Of a DNA stretch of 40,044 nucleotides, positions 29,691-37,967 are shown one piece after another (position 1 is the first letter of the stretch; each line of letters begins with the position of its first letter). The notes under the pieces were generated by a model. The model saw only the letters and a program-made list of their open reading frames with translations. It made no database searches and was not told the origin of the DNA. A program made the position numbers and the translations under genes. The stretch is from Candidatus Acidiferrales bacterium (GTDB lineage Bacteria > Acidobacteriota > Terriglobia > Acidiferrales > UBA7541). The stretch covers positions 1 through 40,044 of the forward strand of contig JASHRI010000055.1 in the NCBI GenBank assembly GCA_030037435.1. Direction: 5' to 3'.

Positions 29691-30965
29691 TCAATTGCTC
29701 TTCTGAAGACTAAGAAAGAGCATCATGTAGCGCATCAAATTGTGCGTGATCAGGAAGTTTTCCTTCACCTGCTCGTGGCCGTTTTCTCCGAGCCGGCGCG
29801 CGAAATCCGGGTTCGATAGCAGGAAGCGGATCTGATAGGCCGCCCCATCCACGGAATGCACCAGCATTCCAGTGAGTTTGTGAAGGACCTGCGATGGAAT
29901 GCCGCCCACGGCCGAAGCCACCACAGGCTTCTTCTTCCACAACGCTTCGCTGACGGTAAGGCCGAATCCCTCGCGAAGCGATTTCTGAATCACGATCGTG
30001 GAGGCGCGTTGGAGCGCGTTGATTTCGAGATGGCTCCACGGTGGCAGGTTCAAAATGTGAATGTCCGGATTTCCCGCGGCCGCTTCTTTCACCTCGTTGA
30101 GGACAGCTTCGCCCTCGGGATCGTCAGAAGCACCGCCGCCTGCAAGGACCAACTGGCAATCGTTGTGACGGTAGACCATCCGGTAGGCCTGAATGACGCC
30201 CACCGGGTCTTTCAGCCGGTCGAAACGGGAGATCTGCGTCAGGATCGGCCGGCTTGGATCGATGCCAAATCGTTCCACGACGTCTCGAACGAACTCCGGA
30301 TCGAGATCGCGATTCTTGTCCGCGAGCGGGTCGATCGTGGGCGAAACCAGGTATTGCGGGATCGCGAGTCCTTGGGTGAAGGCCGGCGCGGAAAATACTG
30401 ACGCGTCGTATCGCTCCACGTAGGGCCGCAGAAAGTCCCAAACCTCCTGCGACGGGTGCGAAAGGTCGATGTGGCAGCGCCAGATCCAGCGGCTCTTCGA
30501 GCCATCGCGCGCATTGACTAAAGCGACGGGCTGCGGATCATGGATAACGACAACATCTTCGTCGAACTGCATTCGATGGCGGTTTTCTTCGTTGGTATTG
30601 CGAAAAATCTCGAACCAATCGTCATGGCCCTCGTAGGGCGCGCCGTGTAGAGCGTTGTGAAATCCCTTGGTGACCGCGAAGAACTGCTCGCCGCCAGTAA
30701 TCACTTCCCAGCGAGTGGGCACGCCGAGCTCGTCTAGGAGGGGAATCAGGCGATTCAGGATTTCCGCGACGCCGCCGCCGACGGCGGTGGAGTTGACCAT
30801 TTTCACGCGGTGCCCTTGCAACTGCTTAGCAAAGGTGCGGAGCGCGCCGATTTCGGATTGGCCCACGACGGCGGCATAATCGTCGATGTGGGCCATTGCG
30901 GCGGCAACGGGCTTGGCTTCCCGCATTTCCTTGACTTCGTTCGTTTCCTTGGTTTCCACAGTCAT
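29691..30965 (-). CDS. treT: Trehalose glycosyltransferring synthase TreT-type GT4 glycosyltransferase
   Basis: The start is set at the ATG at 30965 (MTVETKE...), which overlaps the upstream gene's stop (ATGA). From memory, it is collinear with archaeal TreT. Shared segments include VNSTAVGGGVAEILNRLIPLLDELGVPTRWEVI, FFAVTKGFHNALHG, WIWRCHIDLS, ILTQISRFDRLKDP, REGFGLTVSEALWKKKPVV and NFLITHNLMRY. Confidence 0.8.
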   Translation of the reverse strand: MTVETKETNEVKEMREAKPVAAAMAHIDDYAAVVGQSEIGALRTFAKQLQGHRVKMVNSTAVGGGVAEILNRLIPLLDELGVPTRWEVITGGEQFFAVTKGFHNALHGAPYEGHDDWFEIFRNTNEENRHRMQFDEDVVVIHDPQPVALVNARDGSKSRWIWRCHIDLSHPSQEVWDFLRPYVERYDASVFSAPAFTQGLAIPQYLVSPTIDPLADKNRDLDPEFVRDVVERFGIDPSRPILTQISRFDRLKDPVGVIQAYRMVYRHNDCQLVLAGGGASDDPEGEAVLNEVKEAAAGNPDIHILNLPPWSHLEINALQRASTIVIQKSLREGFGLTVSEALWKKKPVVASAVGGIPSQVLHKLTGMLVHSVDGAAYQIRFLLSNPDFARRLGENGHEQVKENFLITHNLMRYMMLFLSLQKSN

Positions 30966-31612
30966 TGATTCACCCAGGGATGGATGGTTCGGACCAGCTC
31001 CTCGCGCAAATCGTCGAGGGTGTTCATATAGATGTCGATGCGGTCCACGCGGCGCGCCAGCTCGGGAAGTTCCATGGCCGTCTCTATCCAATGCGAAAAA
31101 TCGTTAGTTTGCAAATGCAGCCGCAAGCGGGAATTTATGAAGTGGTAGTGAAGGGTCTGCAAGTTGCTGGTACGAATGCCTTCTTCGAGTTCGGCGAGCG
31201 TAGTTGCCCGTTCGTCTCGCGGAACGGCAAATTCGAAGGCTTCACAGAAATAAAAGGGCTCGAAGGAAAGGCGCGACGACGAGGAAGGATTCAATTTGAC
31301 GTAGCCGTCGACGCTGCTGGTGAGCGAATCCCGGAGGCCCTCAATGGTGGTGCAGTCGCGGATGTCAATGGCGGCAAGTCGCTCGGCGAGCGGCGCCTCG
31401 TTGCATCCCGTGAGCGCCCATTGGGCAAAGTCATTGGAGAAAGAGATGTAGTGCTGGCGCTCGAGGCTCTGAAACGTGTGATGAAAGATGGACGCATCCG
31501 AACAGGAGTGGAGGCCTCGCGCGAGTTCGGCGAGGGTGACGGCGCGCTCGCGGCCGATGCGGATCAGGTAGGACGCAGTGACGAACTGAAATGGCGTTGA
31601 GGCTTGTTTCAT
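30962..31612 (-). CDS. Hypothetical protein made of two tandem homologous domains of about 95 aa (possibly DUF5752-like; unverified)
   Basis: 216-aa ORF with GGAAGG 9 nt before the ATG. The internal duplication is visible by eye: PFQF..ERAVTLAELARGL..IFHHTF..NDFAQWA..LAERLAAIDI..TIEGLRDSL versus PFYF..ERATTLAELEEGI..LHYHFI..NDFSHWI..LARRVDRIDI..TLDDLREEL. Confidence 0.8.
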   Translation of the reverse strand: MKQASTPFQFVTASYLIRIGRERAVTLAELARGLHSCSDASIFHHTFQSLERQHYISFSNDFAQWALTGCNEAPLAERLAAIDIRDCTTIEGLRDSLTSSVDGYVKLNPSSSSRLSFEPFYFCEAFEFAVPRDERATTLAELEEGIRTSNLQTLHYHFINSRLRLHLQTNDFSHWIETAMELPELARRVDRIDIYMNTLDDLREELVRTIHPWVNQ

Positions 31613-31641
31613 TCGAAAGGCCTTCCGGGCACTCCACAGGT

Positions 31642-31668
31642 TTTTTGCGAGCCGCGCTGATGCAAAAA
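31642..31668. promoter_or_regulatory. Perfect 7-bp inverted repeat TTTTTGC-N13-GCAAAAA upstream of the tandem-domain/treT operon (candidate operator or 5'-UTR hairpin)
   Basis: Read directly: 31642-31648 TTTTTGC and 31662-31668 GCAAAAA, 30-56 nt upstream of the ATG at 31612. Confidence 0.2.
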
Positions 31669-31905
31669 GATCGCGGGGCCTATGCTAGCAAATGCGCCGT
31701 CAGCTGCGGCGGCTTTGACACACCCATTCTCCCAGGAATCGGGTTGACCGTCAGCGCTTTTGACCCGTGGTACCGAATCCGCCAACGCGCCGCTTGCGGC
31801 GGTCGTGCCACTCCTTTGCTATGAGTTGCGCGCCCAGAGGAACGGTTGCCCGGCTCATGGAAAATTTCTCCGCCGAAAAAGGATACTCCATGAGGGGCGG
31901 GGCTA

Positions 31906-34900
31906 TTAGTGAAAATCGTGCGAGGTGGTTTCCGCCTGTATAACCACCAATGGCTCGACGGTTTCCACCTTGATCGAAACAATCTTTTCCTGGTTTTGCA
32001 GGCTGCCTTCAAGCAGCAAAAACGACTGATGGACGATCGCCGCTTGGTTCCGCTCGAAAATCCGCGGTGTGATGATAGCGTTTGCAATTCCGGTTTCGTC
32101 TTCAAGGCTTAGGAAGACGAATCCTTTGGCCGTTCCGGGGCGCTGCCGCGCCACCACAGAGCCCGCGTAACGAACGTGCGTTCCATCCGGCAGTTTCGCC
32201 AGTTCACTGGCCGTGCGGATTCCGCGTTTTTTCATTTCGGCACGACGATAAGCCATTGGATGAGGTCCGACGGTCATCCCCGTGCCGCGAAAATCGGCCA
32301 CGAGCCGCTCGTCGTTCGTCATAGGCAGCAGCGGCGAAGCGGCACCTAAATCAAAGTCTTGCGCTTCTTTTTGCGGCGTTTCCTGCACGTCTTCTTGTGG
32401 CTCAAGCAGCTGCCCCGGCCTGCGCGCGGCGCGCTCGACCTGCCAGAGAGCGTCGCGACGATGAAAGCCGTGCTGAGCAGAGAGAAAGTTCAGCGCGCCG
32501 ATTTCCGCCAGCGTCGCGAGTTCGGATTTTTGAATTTCAGGCACGCGCTGCTTCAGATCGTCGATCGACGCGAAGGGGCGCGCATCCCGTTCGCGAACGA
32601 TGGCCAGCGCGACCTCTTTTCGCAAGCCCTTCACATAACGCATTCCCAGACGCATCGCCCATCCATCGGGCATTTTTTCGAGGGTGCAGTCCCAGGCGGA
32701 GCGCGTCAGGTCGATGGACCTGCATTTTAGGCCGTGACGTTGCGCGTCTTTCACCAGCGTGGCTGGCGAATAAAAGCCCATCGGCTGATTGTTGAGCATC
32801 GCGGCCGTGAACGCCGGAAGGTAATGACATTTCAAATAGGCGCTGGCATAGGCCAGCAATGCGAAACTGGCGGCGTGTGATTCGGGGAATCCATAGAGCG
32901 CGAAGGAAACGATCGAGAGAACGATCTGGTCCTGTGTTTCGCCGGTGATTCCCCTGGCCTGCATGCCGCGGCGCAGCTTGATTTCGATTTCCTTCATGCG
33001 CGCTTCGGAGCGCTTAAATCCCATGGCGCGGCGCAATTCCTCGGCTTCGCCGCCCGTGAAGCCCGCCGCGATCATAGCCATGCGAAGCAATTGCTCCTGA
33101 AAAAGCGGCACGCCCAGCGTGCGCACCAGCACGGGTTCCAGCGCAGGATGAAAATATTCCGGCGGCTCCAGTCCTTGCCGACGCCGCAAATAGGGATGGA
33201 CCATTTTCCCGACGATCGGTCCGGGACGGATGATCGCCACTTGCACCACCACGTCGTAAAAACACTTCGGCTGCAATCGTGGCAGGCACGACATCTGCGC
33301 GCGGCTTTCCACTTGGAACATTCCCACCGTGTCGGCGTTTTGCAGCGCCTCGTAAATCGCCCGGTCATCCTGTGGCAATCGGCCGAGATCAATCTCATCT
33401 CCCTGATACTCGCGAACAATTTGCAGCGATTCTTCGAGTACCGCCATCATTCCGAGGCCCAGCAGGTCAACTTTCACGATACCCATGTCCGCGCAGTCTT
33501 CCTTGTCCCATTGCACCACCACGCGGCCCGGCATCGTGGCAGGCTCAAGCGGCACGATGGAATCGAGCTGCCCGGCGCATATCACCATTCCGCCGGAATG
33601 CTGTCCTAGATGTCGAGGCAAATCCTGCACAGCCTGGCACAGTTCGAAAAATTTGCGCACGCGCGGATGTTCCAGATCGAGGCCGGCCTTGTCGAATCTC
33701 CGCTCGAGCGTATCGCTCGGATCGCGGTATTCGAACGTTCCCGCCAAGTGAGAAAGGCGGCTCAACGTTTCCGGATCGAACGACAACGCCTTGCCAATCT
33801 CGCGCGCGGCCGAACGTCCACGATAGGTGATCACGTTGGCGGTCATCGCTGCGCCTAATTTTCCGTAGCGTTCGTAGACATATTGAATCGCGCGTTCCCG
33901 CTGATCACCACTCGGCAGATCGAGATCGATGTCCGGCATTTCGCCGCGCTCCTTGGACAAAAACCGCTCGAAAAGTAAATCCATTCCCACCGGATCGACG
34001 GCGGTGATTCCCAGCGCATAACAAACGGCGCTGTTGGCTGCTGACCCTCGTCCTTGCACCAGAATTCTCTGCTCGCGGCAGAAACGGACAATGTCCCAAA
34101 CAATCAGGAAATAGCCGGCGAGATCGAGCTCTTCGATCAACGCGAGCTCGCGCTCGATCTGGCCCTGCGCTTTTTCATGGTTTGCGCCGTAACGCGCGAT
34201 CATCCCTTCCTGTGTGCGCCGGCGCAGAAATTCGATCTGCGATTCACCATCTGGAACCGGATAGGGCGGAAATCGATAGCCGAGATCTTTCAGTGTGAAC
34301 TGCAGCCGTGCGGAAAGCGCTTCCGTATTGGCGATGGCCTCCGGAAGATCCGCGAACAACCGAGCCATCTCCGCGTGCGTTTTGAAATGGCGCTCCGCAT
34401 TGCGGCTCAACAGACGGCCGGCGGTGGAAAGCGTTCGATGATGGCGAATGCAGGTAAAGACGTCGAGCACCTCGCGCTGCTTCAGTTGCGCGTGCGCCAC
34501 TCCGTTGGTCGCCAGCAGCGGCAGTCCCAGCTTTTGCGCGATTTCGACGGCTGCCTGATTGCGCTCTTCCTCTTCGCGCAAAAGATGCCGCTGAAGCTCC
34601 ACGTACACATTTTCGCGGCCGAACGTACGGCACAGTTCGCGCACGTATTTCGTCCCGGCCTCAATTCCGCCGTGCGCCAGAGCGTGCGCGAGCGGTCCTT
34701 TTTTGTCTCCTGTGAGGCAGATCAAGCCACCACTCATCGCCGCGATCTCTTCGGTCTCGATGCTGCCTTCGCCTTTTCGTGCCCGCAGCTTCATGCGCGT
34801 GATTAGGCGGCACAGATTCTGATATCCCCGGCGTGACTCGACCAGCAGCACGTAGCGCCAGCCCGCCGTGGATGTCACTTCGGCGCCGACATGCGCCGTG

Positions 34901-35073
34901 ATTTTCAATTTTTTTGCCGCCATATGAAAGCGCGGCAATCCGTACACACCATCGCGATCGAGCAGGGCCATTGCCGGAGCACCGTGTCCCGCGCAAACAG
35001 CGATCAACTCTTCGGGCAATGAAGCGCCTTCCAAAAAGCTGAATGCGGACCGGGCATGCAATTCGATGTACAT
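31906..35073 (-). CDS. dnaE2: Error-prone DNA polymerase DnaE2 (ImuC)
   Basis: 1055-aa ORF with an N-terminal PHP domain (MYIELHARSAFSFLEGASLPEELI) and a Pol III alpha core. The length and the position after imuA-imuB are diagnostic of DnaE2 rather than replicative DnaE. Confidence 0.95.
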   Translation of the reverse strand: MYIELHARSAFSFLEGASLPEELIAVCAGHGAPAMALLDRDGVYGLPRFHMAAKKLKITAHVGAEVTSTAGWRYVLLVESRRGYQNLCRLITRMKLRARKGEGSIETEEIAAMSGGLICLTGDKKGPLAHALAHGGIEAGTKYVRELCRTFGRENVYVELQRHLLREEEERNQAAVEIAQKLGLPLLATNGVAHAQLKQREVLDVFTCIRHHRTLSTAGRLLSRNAERHFKTHAEMARLFADLPEAIANTEALSARLQFTLKDLGYRFPPYPVPDGESQIEFLRRRTQEGMIARYGANHEKAQGQIERELALIEELDLAGYFLIVWDIVRFCREQRILVQGRGSAANSAVCYALGITAVDPVGMDLLFERFLSKERGEMPDIDLDLPSGDQRERAIQYVYERYGKLGAAMTANVITYRGRSAAREIGKALSFDPETLSRLSHLAGTFEYRDPSDTLERRFDKAGLDLEHPRVRKFFELCQAVQDLPRHLGQHSGGMVICAGQLDSIVPLEPATMPGRVVVQWDKEDCADMGIVKVDLLGLGMMAVLEESLQIVREYQGDEIDLGRLPQDDRAIYEALQNADTVGMFQVESRAQMSCLPRLQPKCFYDVVVQVAIIRPGPIVGKMVHPYLRRRQGLEPPEYFHPALEPVLVRTLGVPLFQEQLLRMAMIAAGFTGGEAEELRRAMGFKRSEARMKEIEIKLRRGMQARGITGETQDQIVLSIVSFALYGFPESHAASFALLAYASAYLKCHYLPAFTAAMLNNQPMGFYSPATLVKDAQRHGLKCRSIDLTRSAWDCTLEKMPDGWAMRLGMRYVKGLRKEVALAIVRERDARPFASIDDLKQRVPEIQKSELATLAEIGALNFLSAQHGFHRRDALWQVERAARRPGQLLEPQEDVQETPQKEAQDFDLGAASPLLPMTNDERLVADFRGTGMTVGPHPMAYRRAEMKKRGIRTASELAKLPDGTHVRYAGSVVARQRPGTAKGFVFLSLEDETGIANAIITPRIFERNQAAIVHQSFLLLEGSLQNQEKIVSIKVETVEPLVVIQAETTSHDFH

Positions 35074-35081
35074 GGCTTACA

Positions 35082-36680
35082 TCAATCGAAAATCCCGCGC
35101 ACGAACCATCCCTGGCGCAACGCGTCGCAATAAAAACGGTAGAGTCCGTTCGCCACGAGAAAATTCCCGGCCATATCACCGATGTACGAGAGCAAATCGA
35201 AATCAATCTCCAAATCCCACTCGTCGTGTTGCCAGCAATCTTCCAGCCACCAGCCGCCCGACGTGCGCCAAGGGCCGGAAGCGGCGCGCACAATTCCGCG
35301 CGCGCCCTGGAAAAATACGCGCTTTGGGCGCCCCGCTCGCATTTCCAGTTTCGCGGGGATCGCCGGACGAAAAACTCTGAAACTCGCCGGGACCTTCGTA
35401 TTCACTTGCCGATTGTTCAACAAAATGTTTTCGCTGTTGCGGCCAGCTTCCTCAACCGCCCCAAATTGCCGCATCTGAAAGTCATCCGGGCGATGAGTAT
35501 CCGCCACAAACGGCGATCCAATCTTCCCCTCGCCCACCACGTGCGCAATTCGCGCGATCGTCAGCTCCAGTTTTTCCGGGTCGGGAAAGCCCGGTACAAA
35601 CAGCCCACCTTGCATCGCCCGTGGCCTGGCGGCCTCCGCCATCAGCGCGATCTTTTGCACCGGCGCGGCCGGCGAATTCGATTGCAGGCGCAGCCGCAGC
35701 AGTTTCAAAAGCATTTTCGAATCGCGCGTCGGCACGGGAAGCCGTAAATCTCGTTCATACGCGCCAGGCGGAAGTTTCCGGCGCGGCTCATCCGCGCGAA
35801 TTTCGGTGCAGCCCTCAAAGGCCGACTCGAGATCGAAGCGCACGCGAATCGCAGCCGCCGCCAGCGCGCGCGCCGCAAGCCGCGCACACAATTGATCGAG
35901 CAATCGCCCCAGCAAAAACGACAGCGAATCGAGTTCCTCCACGGCATCGTCCAATTCCATGCTTTCTTCAAAGAAAAGCGCAGGCTCGGCAATGTGCAGT
36001 GGCCGCTCACTTTTTCCACCAGCCAGCGCATGCAATCGGACGCCTTCCTGCCCGAGGCGCTCGGAAAGCGGCGGCACCGGCAGGTCGGCCAGCACGCCGC
36101 AGGTGTGCACGCCCCAGCGGTTCAGCGTCTCGGCGATTTCCTCGGAAAGTAAAAGCACGCTCACCGGTAAATCTTTCAAATATTTCGATTCTTCGCCGCC
36201 AGGAATCGCCGTAATCCCCGTAAATCCTCGCGCGGCAACCAAAGCTGCTTCCGCATTCTCGGCGATAGCCACGTTTACGTGGAGGCCACACTCCGACGCA
36301 CGCTGCGCCAGGCACACGCCAATCACTTCCTCGGAATCAAACAGATAGGTGAGGCCGGAGAGATCGAGAACGATCGTATCTTCGGAAGTGTCTTCCAGGC
36401 GCGGAGAAACCGACCAGCCGATATCGAGAAGCGCGGCGTGCGCGGATTGTTCCTGTGCACGGGAACGCACGCGAATTTCCAAGCCAACGAACTGCTCCGC
36501 TTCGGCTTTGGTCATCCCACATGCGACCCCCGCGAGCGCTGCTTTTTCGTTGATCGCCGTCACGCTGCACAGCGGCGGAACACCTTCGATCAACGCAAAA
36601 GCGCATTCGCGCAACGCAGGCTCGGCGCGCGCCGCCGCTTGCACCATGAAATTGGGAACGAAAATGGAAGCAAATGCCAC
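35082..36680 (-). CDS. imuB: ImuB, Y-family polymerase-like mutagenesis protein
   Basis: 532-aa ORF. The N-terminus (ASIFVPNFMVQAAARAEPALRECAFALIEG) is typical of ImuB. It ends 8 nt before the dnaE2 start. Confidence 0.9.
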   Translation of the reverse strand: MAFASIFVPNFMVQAAARAEPALRECAFALIEGVPPLCSVTAINEKAALAGVACGMTKAEAEQFVGLEIRVRSRAQEQSAHAALLDIGWSVSPRLEDTSEDTIVLDLSGLTYLFDSEEVIGVCLAQRASECGLHVNVAIAENAEAALVAARGFTGITAIPGGEESKYLKDLPVSVLLLSEEIAETLNRWGVHTCGVLADLPVPPLSERLGQEGVRLHALAGGKSERPLHIAEPALFFEESMELDDAVEELDSLSFLLGRLLDQLCARLAARALAAAAIRVRFDLESAFEGCTEIRADEPRRKLPPGAYERDLRLPVPTRDSKMLLKLLRLRLQSNSPAAPVQKIALMAEAARPRAMQGGLFVPGFPDPEKLELTIARIAHVVGEGKIGSPFVADTHRPDDFQMRQFGAVEEAGRNSENILLNNRQVNTKVPASFRVFRPAIPAKLEMRAGRPKRVFFQGARGIVRAASGPWRTSGGWWLEDCWQHDEWDLEIDFDLLSYIGDMAGNFLVANGLYRFYCDALRQGWFVRGIFD

Positions 36681-36719
36681 CCGTGCATGGCGGAAGAGCG
36701 AAGGGAATCGAAAAATTCC

Positions 36720-37550
36720 TCACCGTTTTCCGACCCCTCCTTCCAAATCCCGCTGGCTTCGTAACGAGCACCATTCGTTTCCGGCGATTTCCATCTCGAA
36801 ATCGGTGCTGTCGCCGCCTGCACGCATGAAAATTTCATCGCGTCGCATCCATGCGCCGGCTTCCCGCTTGGCGCGCGAACGAATCATTTCCGCGTGAATC
36901 CTTCCACCTTTGAGCAAACACCCCGGCGCATGCTGCGCAACCTCTTTGGCGTTTAGGGACGTCTGGCGCCATCGTGCTGCTCGCGCCTCAAGCCGCAGCA
37001 CCAATGAAGCGCAAGTCTTTGCATTCGATTCCTGTCCAATAACTAGAAAAATCGTCGGCGTATTTTCCACGGTCCGGCGAAGACGAAACCATACCTGCAG
37101 CGGAACATAACGAACCACCTGCGGCGGAATGCCCGCCAAATCTAGCGCGATCATGCCGAAGCCGCCGCCCTGGATCAGCAGATCGACTGATCGAAACGCT
37201 TGATCGATATTCCGGCAGCGCACCCAGAGCAGCCGTTGCAATTGCACGCCTGCCGTTTCCGCCGAAGCCGGATCGAAGGAGTCGCTTGCATCCACGAGAG
37301 CACTTGCTTCGCCTGCCGCTGTCCTGGCTGCTAGCGCTGAAATCAACAAACTGGTTCTTCCCGAACACGGCGGCCCGTAAATCTCCGTCAAGCCGCCTCG
37401 CGGAAGCCCTCCCGTCAGCAAATCGACCGGCACAACCGCGGATGGCGCGGTTTCCAGAGCCTGCCGGACGCGATCGTCAAACGGGCTGGTCACCCGACCG
37501 GTCAAAGCCGATTCGACTAGCAAACGCAATGCTGTGGCTCTGGAAGGCAT
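36720..37550 (-). CDS. imuA: ImuA, RecA/SulA-like SOS mutagenesis protein
   Basis: 276-aa ORF with a RecA-like P-loop context (GGLPRGGLTEIYGPPCSGRTSLLISALAA...ALVDASDSFDP). It is the first gene of the imuA-imuB-dnaE2 cassette. Confidence 0.85.
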   Translation of the reverse strand: MPSRATALRLLVESALTGRVTSPFDDRVRQALETAPSAVVPVDLLTGGLPRGGLTEIYGPPCSGRTSLLISALAARTAAGEASALVDASDSFDPASAETAGVQLQRLLWVRCRNIDQAFRSVDLLIQGGGFGMIALDLAGIPPQVVRYVPLQVWFRLRRTVENTPTIFLVIGQESNAKTCASLVLRLEARAARWRQTSLNAKEVAQHAPGCLLKGGRIHAEMIRSRAKREAGAWMRRDEIFMRAGGDSTDFEMEIAGNEWCSLRSQRDLEGGVGKR

Positions 37551-37580
37551 CGTTTAGCGGGCGAAGGAGAGGTCTATAGT

Positions 37581-37596
37581 TTCGCTTTTTATTCGC
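37581..37596. promoter_or_regulatory. Direct repeat TTCGC-N6-TTCGC (11-bp period) just downstream of the imuA -10 box; candidate LexA-type operator
   Basis: Read directly: 37581-37585 and 37592-37596. On the minus strand it reads GAATaaaaagcGAAA, a 6/8 match to the GAAC-N7-GAAC direct-repeat LexA box described for Alphaproteobacteria and Acidobacterium capsulatum. Confidence 0.25.
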
Positions 37597-37604
37597 CTAA
37601 ATCA

Positions 37605-37633
37605 ATTCTAGGTGTTCATGCCGGTCCTGTCAA
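37605..37633 (-). promoter_or_regulatory. Candidate sigma-70 promoter of imuA-imuB-dnaE2 (TTGACA-17-TAGAAT)
   Basis: Minus-strand reading gives a perfect TTGACA (37633-37628), a 17-nt spacer and TAGAAT (37610-37605), 55 nt upstream of the imuA ATG. Confidence 0.55.
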
Positions 37634-37967
37634 GAAGAGCGTCTCCTTGCTGCCGGTAGTACCAATGATGTGTCCGTTCGAAGAACCCTGAAATGTCTGC
37701 CTTTTGTTGCGCGGATCAGCTAGAAGTGTCTACCGCGAGGCCAGTGTTTCTATCGAAGCCCGCCGTCCGCGGGTCATGAAAATTCAGGAAGTGATCTTGC
37801 AACCGGTGGCGAGAAGCTCGCGTGGCGCTGAGCGGACGAAATAACCGGCATCCGCGACCTACAGATGCAGCACTAGCGCAATCAGTATCGAGAGCATGCC
37901 TACGACGACCGCTCGGCCGCCGCTTGCGGCGCGCCCCCAACCGTGCGCCGCTGCGCCCCACCTCTCG

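Noticed and set aside
30965-31600. 211-aa plus-strand ORF almost exactly mirroring the tandem-domain gene
   Set aside because: The minus-strand frame shows a clean internal duplication, an SD and ATGA coupling to treT. The plus-strand frame shows none of these.
31794-31810. TGGCAC-gaccg-CCGCAA on the minus strand as a sigma-54 promoter for the tandem-domain/treT operon
   Set aside because: The -24 element is perfect, but the -12 element is CCGC rather than TTGC. The site is about 180 nt from the start codon, and no enhancer-binding protein gene is nearby. It is too weak to call.
34054-36764. Several plus-strand ORFs of 160-250 aa across dnaE2 and imuB
   Set aside because: They are antisense to the confidently identified imuB and dnaE2 genes, so they are shadow ORFs.
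37676-37686. GTTCGAAGAAC palindrome upstream of the imuA promoter, considered as a LexA Cheo box or tRNA T-loop
   Set aside because: The half-site orientation and spacing (GTTC-N3-GAAC) are the inverse of the Cheo box (GAAC-N4-GTTC). It lies upstream of the -35 box. The flanks cannot form a T-arm or the rest of a tRNA cloverleaf.
37716-37961. 81-aa minus-strand ORF downstream of the TonB-dependent receptor
   Set aside because: Its composition is Arg/Gly/Ala-rich (GRSGARLGARRKRRPSGRRRH). It has no SD and no motifs, so it is most likely noise.
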